Assembly (NCBI GenBank): GCA_050744865.1
Contig: JBOGHW010000036.1
Span: forward strand, 74,785-138,784
Direction of reading: 5' to 3'
DNA length: 64,000 bases
DNA from: Acidimicrobiales bacterium
GTDB lineage: Bacteria; Actinomycetota; Acidimicrobiia; Acidimicrobiales; Bog-793
The position numbers and the translations under genes are program-made. The notes below the pieces were generated by a model. The model did no database searches and was not told the DNA's origin. It was given only the letters and a program-made list of their open reading frames with translations. Positions 28,015 to 37,207 of this stretch are shown piece by piece (position 1 is the stretch's first letter; each line of letters starts with the position of its first letter).

Positions 28015-29145
28015 AAGGCGCTCGCTCGCCAGATCCGCACCGTCGCGCAGGGAGCGGAGCTTCGCCCACACCACTGAAGGGGCGATATCGCCTATCCCGG
28101 CCGATGTGTCGAACCCACAGTCCGTCCCGGCGATCACCCGCCTCGGGCCACCGACAGCCCGGCTGATCCGCTCCAGGCGGTCCGCTACGACTCGCGGGTG
28201 CTCCACGTAGTTGCTCGTCGTGTCGATCACTCCGGCCACGAGCATCATGTGGTCCGGCAGCGGCTTGCGCTCGAAGCACTCGTACTCGTGCTCGTGACGG
28301 GCGTTCGCCATCGGGAGGACGAGGGCACCGACATTGGCCTCGTAGAGCGAGCTCAAGATGTCGTCCAGCGCGACGTCAAAAGAGTGTGGTCCTTCGTAGT
28401 TCCCCCAACACACGTGGAGACGCACCCGCGCCGGGTCGATCCCGGCAAGGGCGGTGTTGAGCGCCCCGATGACAAGCTCGACCCAGGCTATGAAGTCGGG
28501 CAAGGGCCTATCCGCGAAGCTGACGTGGCGCTCGAGGGCCAGATCGGGCCCGTCGATCTGCAGGAGCAGGCCCCGCTCGGCGATGTGGTGGTACTCGAGG
28601 CTTAGAGCCGCCGCCACCGCCTGCACGTACTCGCCGAGCGTGCCGTAGAACTGGTTCTCCATGGCAGCCGCAACGATGCCCGGCGATGCCGAGGTCATGA
28701 ACGTGTCGGCGAACCGAGCACCCACGACCAAGTCGCACTCGTCGTCGACTTCGGCCATATCGAGGTAGCTGACAGGACCGACGGCAGCGGGCGTGGCCCG
28801 CAGGTTGACTTGGGCACGCTCGGCGCGCCGTGCAGCCAGGGTGGCGAAGTCGGGATGCGCCCTGATGTCCGCCATCGGCTGGCGGTGGCCCGTCCCGCCG
28901 AAGCCGGACATCCGGTGCTGCACGTAGGTGAAGAAGCTCTCCCGCGCCTGCTCGCCGTCGTTGCCGATGTCGATGCCGGCGGCAAGCTGGGCTTCGATGG
29001 CAGCGTTGGTGGCTGCCACCACCTCGGTGCGGAGCTCGTCCGGGTCCACGACCTCACCTCGGCTGCGGCGACCGTGCAGCTTGGCCAGTGCCGCTGGTCT
29101 CGGCAGGCTGCCGGTGTGGGTCGTGAGGATGCGGGACGAGCTCAA
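28009..29145 (-). CDS. Cobalamin-independent methionine synthase II (MetE C-terminal-like) family protein
   Basis: 378-aa ORF. The N-terminus MSSSRILTTHTGSLPRP and the overall pattern are typical of the MetE-like UROD-fold family. Confidence 0.8.
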   Translation of the reverse strand: MSSSRILTTHTGSLPRPAALAKLHGRRSRGEVVDPDELRTEVVAATNAAIEAQLAAGIDIGNDGEQARESFFTYVQHRMSGFGGTGHRQPMADIRAHPDFATLAARRAERAQVNLRATPAAVGPVSYLDMAEVDDECDLVVGARFADTFMTSASPGIVAAAMENQFYGTLGEYVQAVAAALSLEYHHIAERGLLLQIDGPDLALERHVSFADRPLPDFIAWVELVIGALNTALAGIDPARVRLHVCWGNYEGPHSFDVALDDILSSLYEANVGALVLPMANARHEHEYECFERKPLPDHMMLVAGVIDTTSNYVEHPRVVADRLERISRAVGGPRRVIAGTDCGFDTSAGIGDIAPSVVWAKLRSLRDGADLASERLL

Positions 29146-29200
29146 CGTGGCTCCTTAGGCTCGGTCGAGTCGGTGCCGACCCTAGGCGCCGGCACCGGCC

Positions 29201-29259
29201 AGGTGGGCCGTTTCACGCGCCGAATTGGGTCCAGCAACGTACGTCCGGCGGCCCACCTG
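29201..29259 (+). repeat. Palindromic intergenic repeat, copy B
   Basis: AGGTGGGCCGTTTCACGCGCCGAATTGGGTCCAGCAACGTACGTCCGGCGGCCCACCTG. The 10-nt termini are perfect inverted repeats. Confidence 0.85.
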
Positions 29260-29365
29260 CGCAAAGCCCCGGTTGGCGGGCCAGCATCTGCCAGGCGGGC
29301 GGGCGATCGACGCCCCGCACGCGCACGCACGCACGGGCACCGGCGTGGAGGGCAAACTGGTCGCC

Positions 29366-30016
29366 ATGGCCGACGAGCAACCGGAGCTCCTAGTAACCGA
29401 CGCCGGCGCCTGGCGGGCCTGGCTCGACGCCAACTTCGACGATCCTGTGGGGGTGTGGCTCGTGCTCGCCAAGAAGGGTGCCGTGCAGCCGACCAGCCTC
29501 AAGTACGAGGAGGCGCTCGAGGAGGCACTCTGCTACGGCTGGATCGACGGGCTCCTCCACACTCGCGACGACAGGACCTACAGCCAGCGGTTCACCCCCC
29601 GCAGACGAGCCAGCAAGTGGTCGCAGTCCAACGTGGAGCGCATCGGCCGGCTCACCCGCCAAGGACGGATGCAGCCGTCGGGCTTGGCCGAGGTCGAGCG
29701 GGCCAAGGAAGACGGCCGCTGGGAGGCCGCCTACCCGGGTCGGACCAAGATCGACGTGCCGGCGGATCTGGAGGCAGCCCTGGCCGCTGAGCCCGCCGCC
29801 CAGGCGCTGTTTGCCAGGCTGGACGGCACCAACCGTTACTCCGTGCTCGTCCGCCTCCACAACACCAAGGCACGGTCCAGGCCCAAGCAGATCGAGCGCA
29901 CCGTTGCGATGCTGGCGCGAGGCGAGACGTTCTACCCGCTGCCAACACCGCCGACGCCGACCCCACCGGTCCCACCGGCTCGGTCCGACAACCGGAGCCC
30001 GCAGGAACCGACTTGA
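29366..30016 (+). CDS. YdeI/OmpD-associated family protein
   Basis: ORF 29225.. trimmed to ATG 29366, because the upstream part is the palindromic repeat. Motifs AWRAWLDANFDDPVGVWLVLAKKG and EEALCYGWIDG...FTPRRRASKWSQSNV. Confidence 0.8.
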   Translation: MADEQPELLVTDAGAWRAWLDANFDDPVGVWLVLAKKGAVQPTSLKYEEALEEALCYGWIDGLLHTRDDRTYSQRFTPRRRASKWSQSNVERIGRLTRQGRMQPSGLAEVERAKEDGRWEAAYPGRTKIDVPADLEAALAAEPAAQALFARLDGTNRYSVLVRLHNTKARSRPKQIERTVAMLARGETFYPLPTPPTPTPPVPPARSDNRSPQEPT

Positions 30017-30031
30017 GGGAGGCCCGAGTGG

Positions 30032-31474
30032 CTACGGGCGCTGGACCATCGACTCGAACAGGATGGCGCCCGTGGCATCGTCTCTCACCAGGAAGAGAAA
30101 CGGTCGGTTGAACTCCAACTCCTGCACCTGCACTATCCGCGTGGAGCTCGGTTCAACGCCCACTCCCGTTGCCGCAGCGGCCTTGGTACCGAGTGGAGTG
30201 ACCTGGAGGTAAGCGCGCTGCTCCACGGCCTCGACCTGCAACCCGATCTGGGTCGTGATGCCTCTGAAGTCGGCCCCAGGGCTAAAGGCGTCGCTCATGC
30301 CCATGTTCGAGAGCACGGAGTTGAGACGGTTGTCCGCCGTGATGGTGAACTCAGGCAGGGTCACGCGAACCGGGCGGTTCTGAAGGGCACTCACAATCCC
30401 TGTCAGCGAGGAGGGTGTCATCGAGTGGACGTAACCGGCCAGGCTCCCTGTGGTGGGCATCACGACCAGTGCGCTCATCTTCTTGCCGGCGTAGGGAATC
30501 TCGGCAGCCTCGTATCCATTGCCGAGGACGTAGGGGAGCGACACGGGGTGGTCGCCGCCAGCGACTGACGACTGGATGGTCGGTAGGTCGCTCGTCGACC
30601 CGTCGGCGAAGTGGAAGGGCGCGCTCAGCTCCGAGAAGGCATGCGCCCAGTGCGCTTGGAAGTACACGGCGTCGGCCAGTACGAGCGCTGTCTGGGCGGT
30701 CAGCGCTCCCGGAGAGAAGAGCTGCTTGATCAGGCCTTGCGTCTCGTGGGCAGTCCACTGGTTGATCGAGGCGAGCGCACCTGGGAGGTCGCCGCTGAAG
30801 TCGACCTGCCACACGCCGGCACCGAACTCACTGGACATCGCCCTCACGAAGCCCGGCTCCACGTCAAGGTTGTCCTCCACCCACACGGCATTGGCGATGT
30901 CGAGCTGGGCCTCAGCCCCAAGATGCGCACCAGTACGAGAAGTCTCGTCGGTGAGCAACGTGGACAAGGCGTCCCAGCCCGCCGCCTGCACGCTCGGGGG
31001 GACTCCTGCGGCGTCCAGCGTGTCTGCGATGCCTTGGGCCGTCGACCCCTTGGCGCCGAGCTCGAGCATCGTCAGCGCCGTCGACAGACTGGAAGGCGAC
31101 GCCAGGAGATTGCCCGCTCCGCCGCCGGAGGACAGCTGGTCGAGCAACTGCAAAGAGAAACCGACCTCTTCGCTGGAGACCTCCTTCCTCTCTGCTGGGG
31201 ACGGGGCAGCCGCCCGCGCCACGACGGCAGTCAGCTCCTCGGCCGATCCGACGTGTGCGGTGACTCCGACGTGACCGGCTTGTGCCACGACCGACGGCTG
31301 GGTGGTCGGACGAGCAAAGATCACGATGCCGAGCACCAGCGCCACCACCACAGCGATGGAGCCGGCCGCCGTCACCAGCCAGTGGCGGCGTAGCTCGGTG
31401 CTTCGGGCCTTGGCCCGACTCAGCAAGGCCTCGGGGCTCGCCGGAGTGTAAGTGGCATGGGTCTGGTCAGGCAT
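30032..31474 (-). CDS. Membrane-anchored serpin (short cytoplasmic N-terminus, one TM helix, serpin domain)
   Basis: ORF 30032..31576 trimmed to ATG 31474, which overlaps the sigma stop by 8 nt. TM helix LVTAAGSIAVVVALVLGIVIF. Serpin motifs LLASPSSLSTALTMLELGAKGSTAQ, reactive-centre hinge GTKAAAATGVGVEPSSTR (30131-30190), and NRPFLFLVRDDATGAILFESMV. Confidence 0.88.
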   Translation of the reverse strand: MPDQTHATYTPASPEALLSRAKARSTELRRHWLVTAAGSIAVVVALVLGIVIFARPTTQPSVVAQAGHVGVTAHVGSAEELTAVVARAAAPSPAERKEVSSEEVGFSLQLLDQLSSGGGAGNLLASPSSLSTALTMLELGAKGSTAQGIADTLDAAGVPPSVQAAGWDALSTLLTDETSRTGAHLGAEAQLDIANAVWVEDNLDVEPGFVRAMSSEFGAGVWQVDFSGDLPGALASINQWTAHETQGLIKQLFSPGALTAQTALVLADAVYFQAHWAHAFSELSAPFHFADGSTSDLPTIQSSVAGGDHPVSLPYVLGNGYEAAEIPYAGKKMSALVVMPTTGSLAGYVHSMTPSSLTGIVSALQNRPVRVTLPEFTITADNRLNSVLSNMGMSDAFSPGADFRGITTQIGLQVEAVEQRAYLQVTPLGTKAAAATGVGVEPSSTRIVQVQELEFNRPFLFLVRDDATGAILFESMVQRP

Positions 31475-31958
31475 GGAGCTCACGTACCGAGCCTTCCTCG
31501 AAGTCTGGGCCCAAGCTCGACCGGAGCGAGGCCAGGGCGCGGTGAAGGTGGGTCTTGACAGTGCCGGCCGAGACACCCAGTGCAGACGCGACGTCGGGCT
31601 CGGAGAGGTCGCAGATGTAGCGGAGGACGACTGTTTCTCGTTGACGTCGCGGCAGATGTGCCAAAGCGGCCGCCAGGGCCCGCCGCAAGACGACTGCGTC
31701 CGCCTCGTCTCCGGCCTGCGTCGGGACTGGCAAGAGCGGGTGGCGACCGAGGTGCCGCAACGCTTCGCGGGAGGCGACTTTCAGCAGCCAGGCGTCCCGC
31801 CACTCGAGCGACCCAACCCTTGCCCAACGGGCGTGTGCCTTGGCCATGGCCTCGACGGCGACATCCTCGGCCGTCCACGGGTCGCCCGTGACGCGGCGCG
31901 CTACCCCGATGGTCCGCGGCAACATCCTGGCGAAGAACTCCTCAAACGTCTCGGCCAT
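31467..31958 (-). CDS. ECF-type RNA polymerase sigma-70 family factor
   Basis: 163-aa ORF with region 2 (VARRVTGDPWTAEDVAVEAMAKAHARW) and region 4 HTH (RETVVLRYICDLSEPDVASALGVSAGTVKTHLHRALASLR). Confidence 0.9.
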   Translation of the reverse strand: MAETFEEFFARMLPRTIGVARRVTGDPWTAEDVAVEAMAKAHARWARVGSLEWRDAWLLKVASREALRHLGRHPLLPVPTQAGDEADAVVLRRALAAALAHLPRRQRETVVLRYICDLSEPDVASALGVSAGTVKTHLHRALASLRSSLGPDFEEGSVRELHA

Positions 31959-32026
31959 CAGTGAAGTAAAGCCTCCGCACGGCCTGTTTGGTTGACACGG
32001 GCATCAGGTGCCGCCAGGAAATTAGG

Positions 32027-33004
32027 ATGCGGGCGATGAAGGCAGCCGTCTATTACCAGACCGGAGACCCCAGCGTCTTCAGCTACGAGGACGTCCCCGA
32101 TCCTGTTGTCTCGAGCGATCACGTCCTGGTCAAGGTCGAGGCTGTGAGCATCGAGGGTGGCGACACCCTCAGTCACAGCCGCGGTGACCTGTTCGCCGTC
32201 CCGCACATCGTGGGATACCAGTGCGCGGGCACCGTGGTGGGGATCGGGCCCAAGGTGGTCGGCCTCGCAGCCGGCGATCGCGTCGTGACCACAGGTCTCG
32301 ACGGATCGCACGCCGAGTTGCGAGCCGTGCCCGAGGGCTTCTGCTGGAAGCTGCCCGAGTCGGTGAGCACCGAAGAAGGAGCCTGTATTCCGGTCGCCTA
32401 CGGCACGGCCCATGACTGCCTCTTCGAGTTCGGCCACCTGGAACAAGAGCAGTCGGTGCTCATCCAAGCCGGCGCCAGCGGGGTAGGGATTGCCGCCATC
32501 CAGATGGCCAAGCAAGCCGGCGCCCGCGTGCTGGCCACTGCTTCTCGGGACGACAAGCTGGAGCGGCTGAAGGCGCTCGGGCTCGACGCCGGCATCAACT
32601 ACACGACCTCCGACATGGTGAGCGAGGTCCGGCGACTCACTGCCGGCCAGGGCGTCAACCTCGTACTCGAGTCTCTCGGCGGCACCAACCTGCAAGCCAG
32701 CCTCAACTGCCTGGCTTACAGGGGCCGTTGCGTGTCGATCGGGGACGCCGGGCGTCCCGGCACGACTTCGATCGACACGTCGGTGATGCGCCCCAACAAC
32801 TTGACTCTCACCGGCTACTTCCTCGGGATGGAGCTCTTCATGGGCCAGCGCGCCCGCCAGATGATAGCCGGCCTCCTCGATGAGCTGGCTGCCGGAAAGC
32901 TCCGGGTGTTGATCGACAAGCGGTTCCCTCTCTCCGAGGCGGCCGCCGCCCACTCCTACATCGAGGGGCGGGAGGCGTTCGGTCGCGTGCTGCTCATACC
33001 GTAG
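32027..33004 (+). CDS. Zinc-type alcohol dehydrogenase / NADPH:quinone oxidoreductase family protein
   Basis: ORF trimmed to ATG 32027 (alternative start 32036, MKAAVYY...). MDR-family pattern with nucleotide-binding motif QAGASGVGIAAIQMAKQAGARVLATAS. Confidence 0.88.
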   Translation: MRAMKAAVYYQTGDPSVFSYEDVPDPVVSSDHVLVKVEAVSIEGGDTLSHSRGDLFAVPHIVGYQCAGTVVGIGPKVVGLAAGDRVVTTGLDGSHAELRAVPEGFCWKLPESVSTEEGACIPVAYGTAHDCLFEFGHLEQEQSVLIQAGASGVGIAAIQMAKQAGARVLATASRDDKLERLKALGLDAGINYTTSDMVSEVRRLTAGQGVNLVLESLGGTNLQASLNCLAYRGRCVSIGDAGRPGTTSIDTSVMRPNNLTLTGYFLGMELFMGQRARQMIAGLLDELAAGKLRVLIDKRFPLSEAAAAHSYIEGREAFGRVLLIP

Positions 33005-33048
33005 GCCCGGCCCGTCGGCGTCCCCGGTGGGCCAGGTCGAGCACAGGC

Positions 33049-34281
33049 TCAGTTGCCGAAGTCCCAGCCTTCGCCTTTGGCGAACTGGCCGAGGACATTC
33101 TTGGCGATCAGGATGCGGTGAACCTCGTCGGGCCCGTCAGCCAAGCGCAACGTGCGGGCGCCGAGGTACATGGCAGCCAGCGGCAGGTCGTTCGACACCC
33201 CGGCGGCGCCCCAGACCTGTATCGCGCGGTCCACGACCCTGGAGTAGGCGTTCGGCACGAAGACCTTGATGGCCGAGATCTCGGTCCGTGCCCCTTGCAG
33301 GCCGTGGTCTATCCGCTCAGCCGCGTGCAGAGTCATGAGCCTGGCAGCCTGGATGTCGATGTAGCTGTCGGCAATGAACCCTTGGATGAATTGCTTGTCC
33401 TGCAGCAGCCCACCGTGCACCTCGCGCGAGCGCGCCCGCTCGACCATGAGGTCGAACGCCCGCCACATCTGGCCGACGGAGTTCATGCAGTGGTAGATGC
33501 GGCCGGCTCCGAGCCTGTCCTGAGCGGCCTGGTGGCCCTCACCCACGTTGCCGAGAGCGTTCTCGATCGGCACCCGCACGTCGGTGTACTTCACCTCGCA
33601 ATGGTCCGATTCGCGGCGGCCCCAGATCCCTATTCCGCGTACGATCTCGACACCCTCGGTGGCCGTCGGCACGATTATCTGCACCATCGGACCCGTCCGA
33701 GAGGGTTCGGCGCCGGCCTCGCCCACGCGGCACATGACGATGAAGAAGTCGGCGGCAAGGCCGTTGGACGTGAACCACTTGTGCCCGTTTATGACCCAAT
33801 ATTCGCCGTCGGCGACGGCCGAAGTCGTGAGCGACCTCGGGTCAGAGCCAGGGTTCTGTGGTTCTGTCATCGAGTAGCCCGACTCCATCGTCCCGTCGAT
33901 GAGCGGCAACAACCACTGCTCTTTCTGCGCCTCGGTACCGTATTTCACGAGGATCGACTGGTTGCCCGAGTTCGGCGCCACCACGCCGAAGAGGGACGCT
34001 GCCCCCATCGCATACGCCAGCACTTCGTTCATGTAGGCATGGGCTAGGAAGTCGAGGCCCATGCCCCCGTACTCCTTGGGGAGGTGCGGTGCCCACAGGC
34101 CGGCCTTCTTCACCTTGGCCTTGATGTCCTCCCTCAGCTGGCGCGCCTCGTCGGAGCTGCGCGAGCCCCAGAGCCGCCTCTCATTGGGGAGGATGTCCTC
34201 GTTGACGATCTCGGCTGTCCGCTGGCGGATGTCGTTGATCCGGTCGTCGAGAGCCGGCACCGGCTTGCAGTTCATGGCCAT
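33049..34281 (-). CDS. Acyl-CoA dehydrogenase family protein
   Basis: 410-aa ORF with motif YSMTEPQNPGSDP, a beta-barrel middle domain and a C-terminal helical domain ending IAKNVL. Confidence 0.9.
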   Translation of the reverse strand: MAMNCKPVPALDDRINDIRQRTAEIVNEDILPNERRLWGSRSSDEARQLREDIKAKVKKAGLWAPHLPKEYGGMGLDFLAHAYMNEVLAYAMGAASLFGVVAPNSGNQSILVKYGTEAQKEQWLLPLIDGTMESGYSMTEPQNPGSDPRSLTTSAVADGEYWVINGHKWFTSNGLAADFFIVMCRVGEAGAEPSRTGPMVQIIVPTATEGVEIVRGIGIWGRRESDHCEVKYTDVRVPIENALGNVGEGHQAAQDRLGAGRIYHCMNSVGQMWRAFDLMVERARSREVHGGLLQDKQFIQGFIADSYIDIQAARLMTLHAAERIDHGLQGARTEISAIKVFVPNAYSRVVDRAIQVWGAAGVSNDLPLAAMYLGARTLRLADGPDEVHRILIAKNVLGQFAKGEGWDFGN

Positions 34282-34335
34282 AGCTGGACTCTACGGTCAT
34301 CTTTGGCGGGACGGCGCTCGGAGTCGCCGGGGTGC

Positions 34336-35247
34336 TCAGCTGGCCGGGATCGGCGCGGCCGCAGGCAGGTCCTTCAGCTGTGCGGTCGCAGCCACGACTC
34401 CGGGCGAGTCGCAGACGCTGGCCGGACGCCCGCCGTCGACGGCGCAGATGGCCGCCGTCAGGTAATTGGCGTTGGCATCGATCTCCCGTGCCACCGGGCT
34501 GCTCGGGTTCGACAGATCGTCGGCGATCTGGATCCGGGTGAGCCCGGCGAGGTACTGAGGGTTGTCCCAGTTCGGCAAGCCACCGGTGTAGCGGTTGCCG
34601 ATGTACAAGAACGGGATGCTCACGCCCGGGTTCCATGCGCCGAGGATCGTGTCCTGCTCGGCGGTCGGGTCCTCCAGCGGTTGACGCGACACCGTCTCCA
34701 CCTCAACCGGCGAGAAGCTGATGTACGGGCTCGTGTAGGTCGACCCGGCGAAGCTGAATGTCTGCGTGTTCGGGTACACGTCGGTCGGGTCCGACGCCGA
34801 GGCAACAACGCCTGAGAATGTGCCGAAGCGATCGAGCGCCAGGAGCAGCGACCAACGTTCCGTGGCGCAGTAGGGGCAAAACAGCGCCCCCACGAACAAG
34901 AACACCGGCTTCCCGTCGACCTCGGCGAGCTGGGCCGAACTTGGCGTCTTGATGACGTTGACAGGGTTGACACCGGTGTACTGGGACGCCGGCTGCCCTC
35001 CGATCCCGACGGTGTCCAACACCGAGGCAGGCACAGCGGCGATCTTGGCGAGGGCCGGAGCCAGGTCGCCGGGAACCGTTGATGTCGTGGCACCGGCAGC
35101 GGGCGCCGCGGTGGGCGCCGTAGTCGCCCGCGGCCCTTGCTTCGATGCCCCGGAGGTAACGGCGATCAGCACGATGGCCAGCACGATGGCCAGCACCGCG
35201 GAGCCGGAGGCAATGCCGATCTTGGTGGTGGACGCCCGGTTTGCCAT
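34336..35247 (-). CDS. DUF929-family membrane-anchored thioredoxin-like protein
   Basis: 303-aa ORF with an N-terminal TM anchor (GSAVLAIVLAIVLIAV) and the characteristic FVGALFCPYCATERWSLLLALDRFGTF motif. Confidence 0.8.
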   Translation of the reverse strand: MANRASTTKIGIASGSAVLAIVLAIVLIAVTSGASKQGPRATTAPTAAPAAGATTSTVPGDLAPALAKIAAVPASVLDTVGIGGQPASQYTGVNPVNVIKTPSSAQLAEVDGKPVFLFVGALFCPYCATERWSLLLALDRFGTFSGVVASASDPTDVYPNTQTFSFAGSTYTSPYISFSPVEVETVSRQPLEDPTAEQDTILGAWNPGVSIPFLYIGNRYTGGLPNWDNPQYLAGLTRIQIADDLSNPSSPVAREIDANANYLTAAICAVDGGRPASVCDSPGVVAATAQLKDLPAAAPIPAS

Positions 35248-35400
35248 GAGACGAGAGAGTTTGCCAGCTCACAAGGCGGGCGTGAACGCGGCCAAGTTAC
35301 CCGGCGGTAGCCGAGGGTGCCGCCACCGGCTATTGTCGGAAGCTCCGGTCGCGGGGGGAAGACGGCCGGATCACGATTCAGTTCATTGGGGGTTGTTGCT

Positions 35401-36186
35401 ATGCAAACGAAGTGGAAGATCCGGATGGGCGCGCTTGGCGTTCTGGCCGCTGCGGCGGCCATGGCTGCCGGCTCGAGCCCGGCCATGGCGGCGGCATCAG
35501 GCCATGGCGCCGGCGTAAGCGTCCGCACTGCTACGGCGCACGCCGTTCACCACGGCGCCCACAGCATCCAGACGTCGTCCAACTGGTCCGGCTATGCCGA
35601 GACGGGCTCGGGGTACACCTCGATAGCCGGCGACTGGACGGTGCCGACCAGCAAGGGCAAGGGGGGCAACAAGTACCAGGCAGAGTGGCTCGGTATCGAC
35701 GGCGACGGCAACCAGCACCTCATCCAGACAGGAACGCAGGTCGACGAAAGCGGAGGTTCGGCGAGCTACGGGGCATGGTGGGAGATCCTCCCGGCGGCCG
35801 AGACGCCGATCAACGAGCCCGTGTCTCCCGGTGACCAGATCGAGGCGTCGATCGTGAAACAGAGCTCCGGCAAGTGGCTCATCACCCTCGAGGACGTCGG
35901 CCGCTGGACATTCACGATCACCAAGAGCTACTCCGGCCCCGGCGCCAGCGCCGAGTGGATCGTCGAAGCTCCCGAGGTGGGCGGCTCCATCGCCAGCATG
36001 AACCATACGAGCAAGGTCACCTTTGACGACCTGACGGTGAACGGCGCCAACCCGGAGCTCGTCTACGCGACCGACGCCATCGCTTGCAAGCAGGACAAGA
36101 AGATCGTCGAGTCGCCCTCAGAGCCTACTGGCGGCAATTCGTTCGCTATGGCCTATGGGGCCAAGACACCCAAGGCACCCGCCTAG
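35401..36186 (+). CDS. Secreted peptidase G1 (eqolisin / peptidase A4) family protein
   Basis: ORF trimmed to ATG 35401. Signal peptide ending PAMAAA. Hallmark motifs SSNWSGYAE, AGDWTVP, AEWLGIDG, SASYGAWWEILP, GASAEWIVEAP. Confidence 0.85.
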   Translation: MQTKWKIRMGALGVLAAAAAMAAGSSPAMAAASGHGAGVSVRTATAHAVHHGAHSIQTSSNWSGYAETGSGYTSIAGDWTVPTSKGKGGNKYQAEWLGIDGDGNQHLIQTGTQVDESGGSASYGAWWEILPAAETPINEPVSPGDQIEASIVKQSSGKWLITLEDVGRWTFTITKSYSGPGASAEWIVEAPEVGGSIASMNHTSKVTFDDLTVNGANPELVYATDAIACKQDKKIVESPSEPTGGNSFAMAYGAKTPKAPA

Positions 36187-36299
36187 TGGACCTCTCGCCT
36201 CGGCTTTGACCTGGGCAAACAAGGCTTGGCCGGTTGGCCGGCCGGTCCCTCCTAGCGGAGTGGGGTCGGCCGGCCCGGCCCGGCCCGGGCTGCTGGCTG

Positions 36300-37100
36300 T
36301 TAGTAGCTGGTGACCGTCTTGGTCGTACCGATGACGATCGACGGGTGGACGGAGGGATTCATCCAATCGAGCGCGGCGTCCAGGTCGGCCAGCGGGAGGC
36401 TCACGCAACCGGCCGTCGGACCGCCGATATCCGCGTGCAGGAAGATGGCCGACCCACGCCCAGGAGTCCTGCGCGGGTTGTAGTTGATGACAGCAAAGGA
36501 TGGGTAAGCGACGGTCTCTTGCCAGAGTCGTTCCGAGGACCCGTTGTTGAACGGTGGGTTCGTGTCCGAACAGGGGACGTGGACGAACTCGTTGTACCGC
36601 GACGAGCTCGAATCCTCGTCCCACCAGTCGCCGCAAGCAAGACGATGGTAGGTGTACTGGACACCCGGGTTGGCGGCGTTGCCGTACATCGTCGCCTGGA
36701 ACCCGTAGATGCCGGCCGGCGTCGTGCCGTCACCCTCGTGCTTGTCGATGCTGATGCCGTTGTAGCCGACGCGGGCGGTCCACGGCCCTGCTGCCCGCTT
36801 CCAGCAGGAACCGTCCAACTGGAACGTGGTCAGCGTGGCCGAGGTGTCCGAGGACGCGCCCACCACCACGAAGATCAACTGCTTGCCCACCTTGTGCTTC
36901 AAGCGTGAAGCCAGCGTCGACGGGCAGCTGGACTTGGCCTGCAGGGGGCGCTCTGCGCGGCGCGTCATCGCCGTGCCACGACTCTCTTGCGCCATCGCGT
37001 TCACCGTGCCGGCCGCCGGCGCCCGGTCCGACACCGTCGCGCACGAAGCTGCAGCCAGGCAGACCAGGAGCAAGCAGACGGCGATGGAGGCGCGGCGCAT
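36300..37100 (-). CDS. L,D-transpeptidase family lipoprotein
   Basis: ORF trimmed to ATG 37100. Lipobox LAAASC. Catalytic motif GSAIFLHADIGGPTAGCVSL (His...Gly-Cys). Confidence 0.85.
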   Translation of the reverse strand: MRRASIAVCLLLVCLAAASCATVSDRAPAAGTVNAMAQESRGTAMTRRAERPLQAKSSCPSTLASRLKHKVGKQLIFVVVGASSDTSATLTTFQLDGSCWKRAAGPWTARVGYNGISIDKHEGDGTTPAGIYGFQATMYGNAANPGVQYTYHRLACGDWWDEDSSSSRYNEFVHVPCSDTNPPFNNGSSERLWQETVAYPSFAVINYNPRRTPGRGSAIFLHADIGGPTAGCVSLPLADLDAALDWMNPSVHPSIVIGTTKTVTSY

Positions 37101-37207
37101 CGGGTAATGGGACTCCTGACTGTCCATCCCAGTGAAGCACGTTGCCCCGAGTGGTCGCCAGCCTCTCGGAAGCAGGATCGTCGCGGCAATGGCTACGGTC
37201 TACATCC

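Noticed and set aside
29146-29365. Riboswitch (SAM or B12) upstream of the MetE-like gene
   Set aside because: The only conserved structured element in the leader is repeat copy B, which recurs next to unrelated genes. I could not recognise any SAM or cobalamin riboswitch core by eye.
31958-32953. 331-aa minus-strand ORF
   Set aside because: It is antisense to the quinone-oxidoreductase-type gene, which has a clear MDR/Rossmann pattern.
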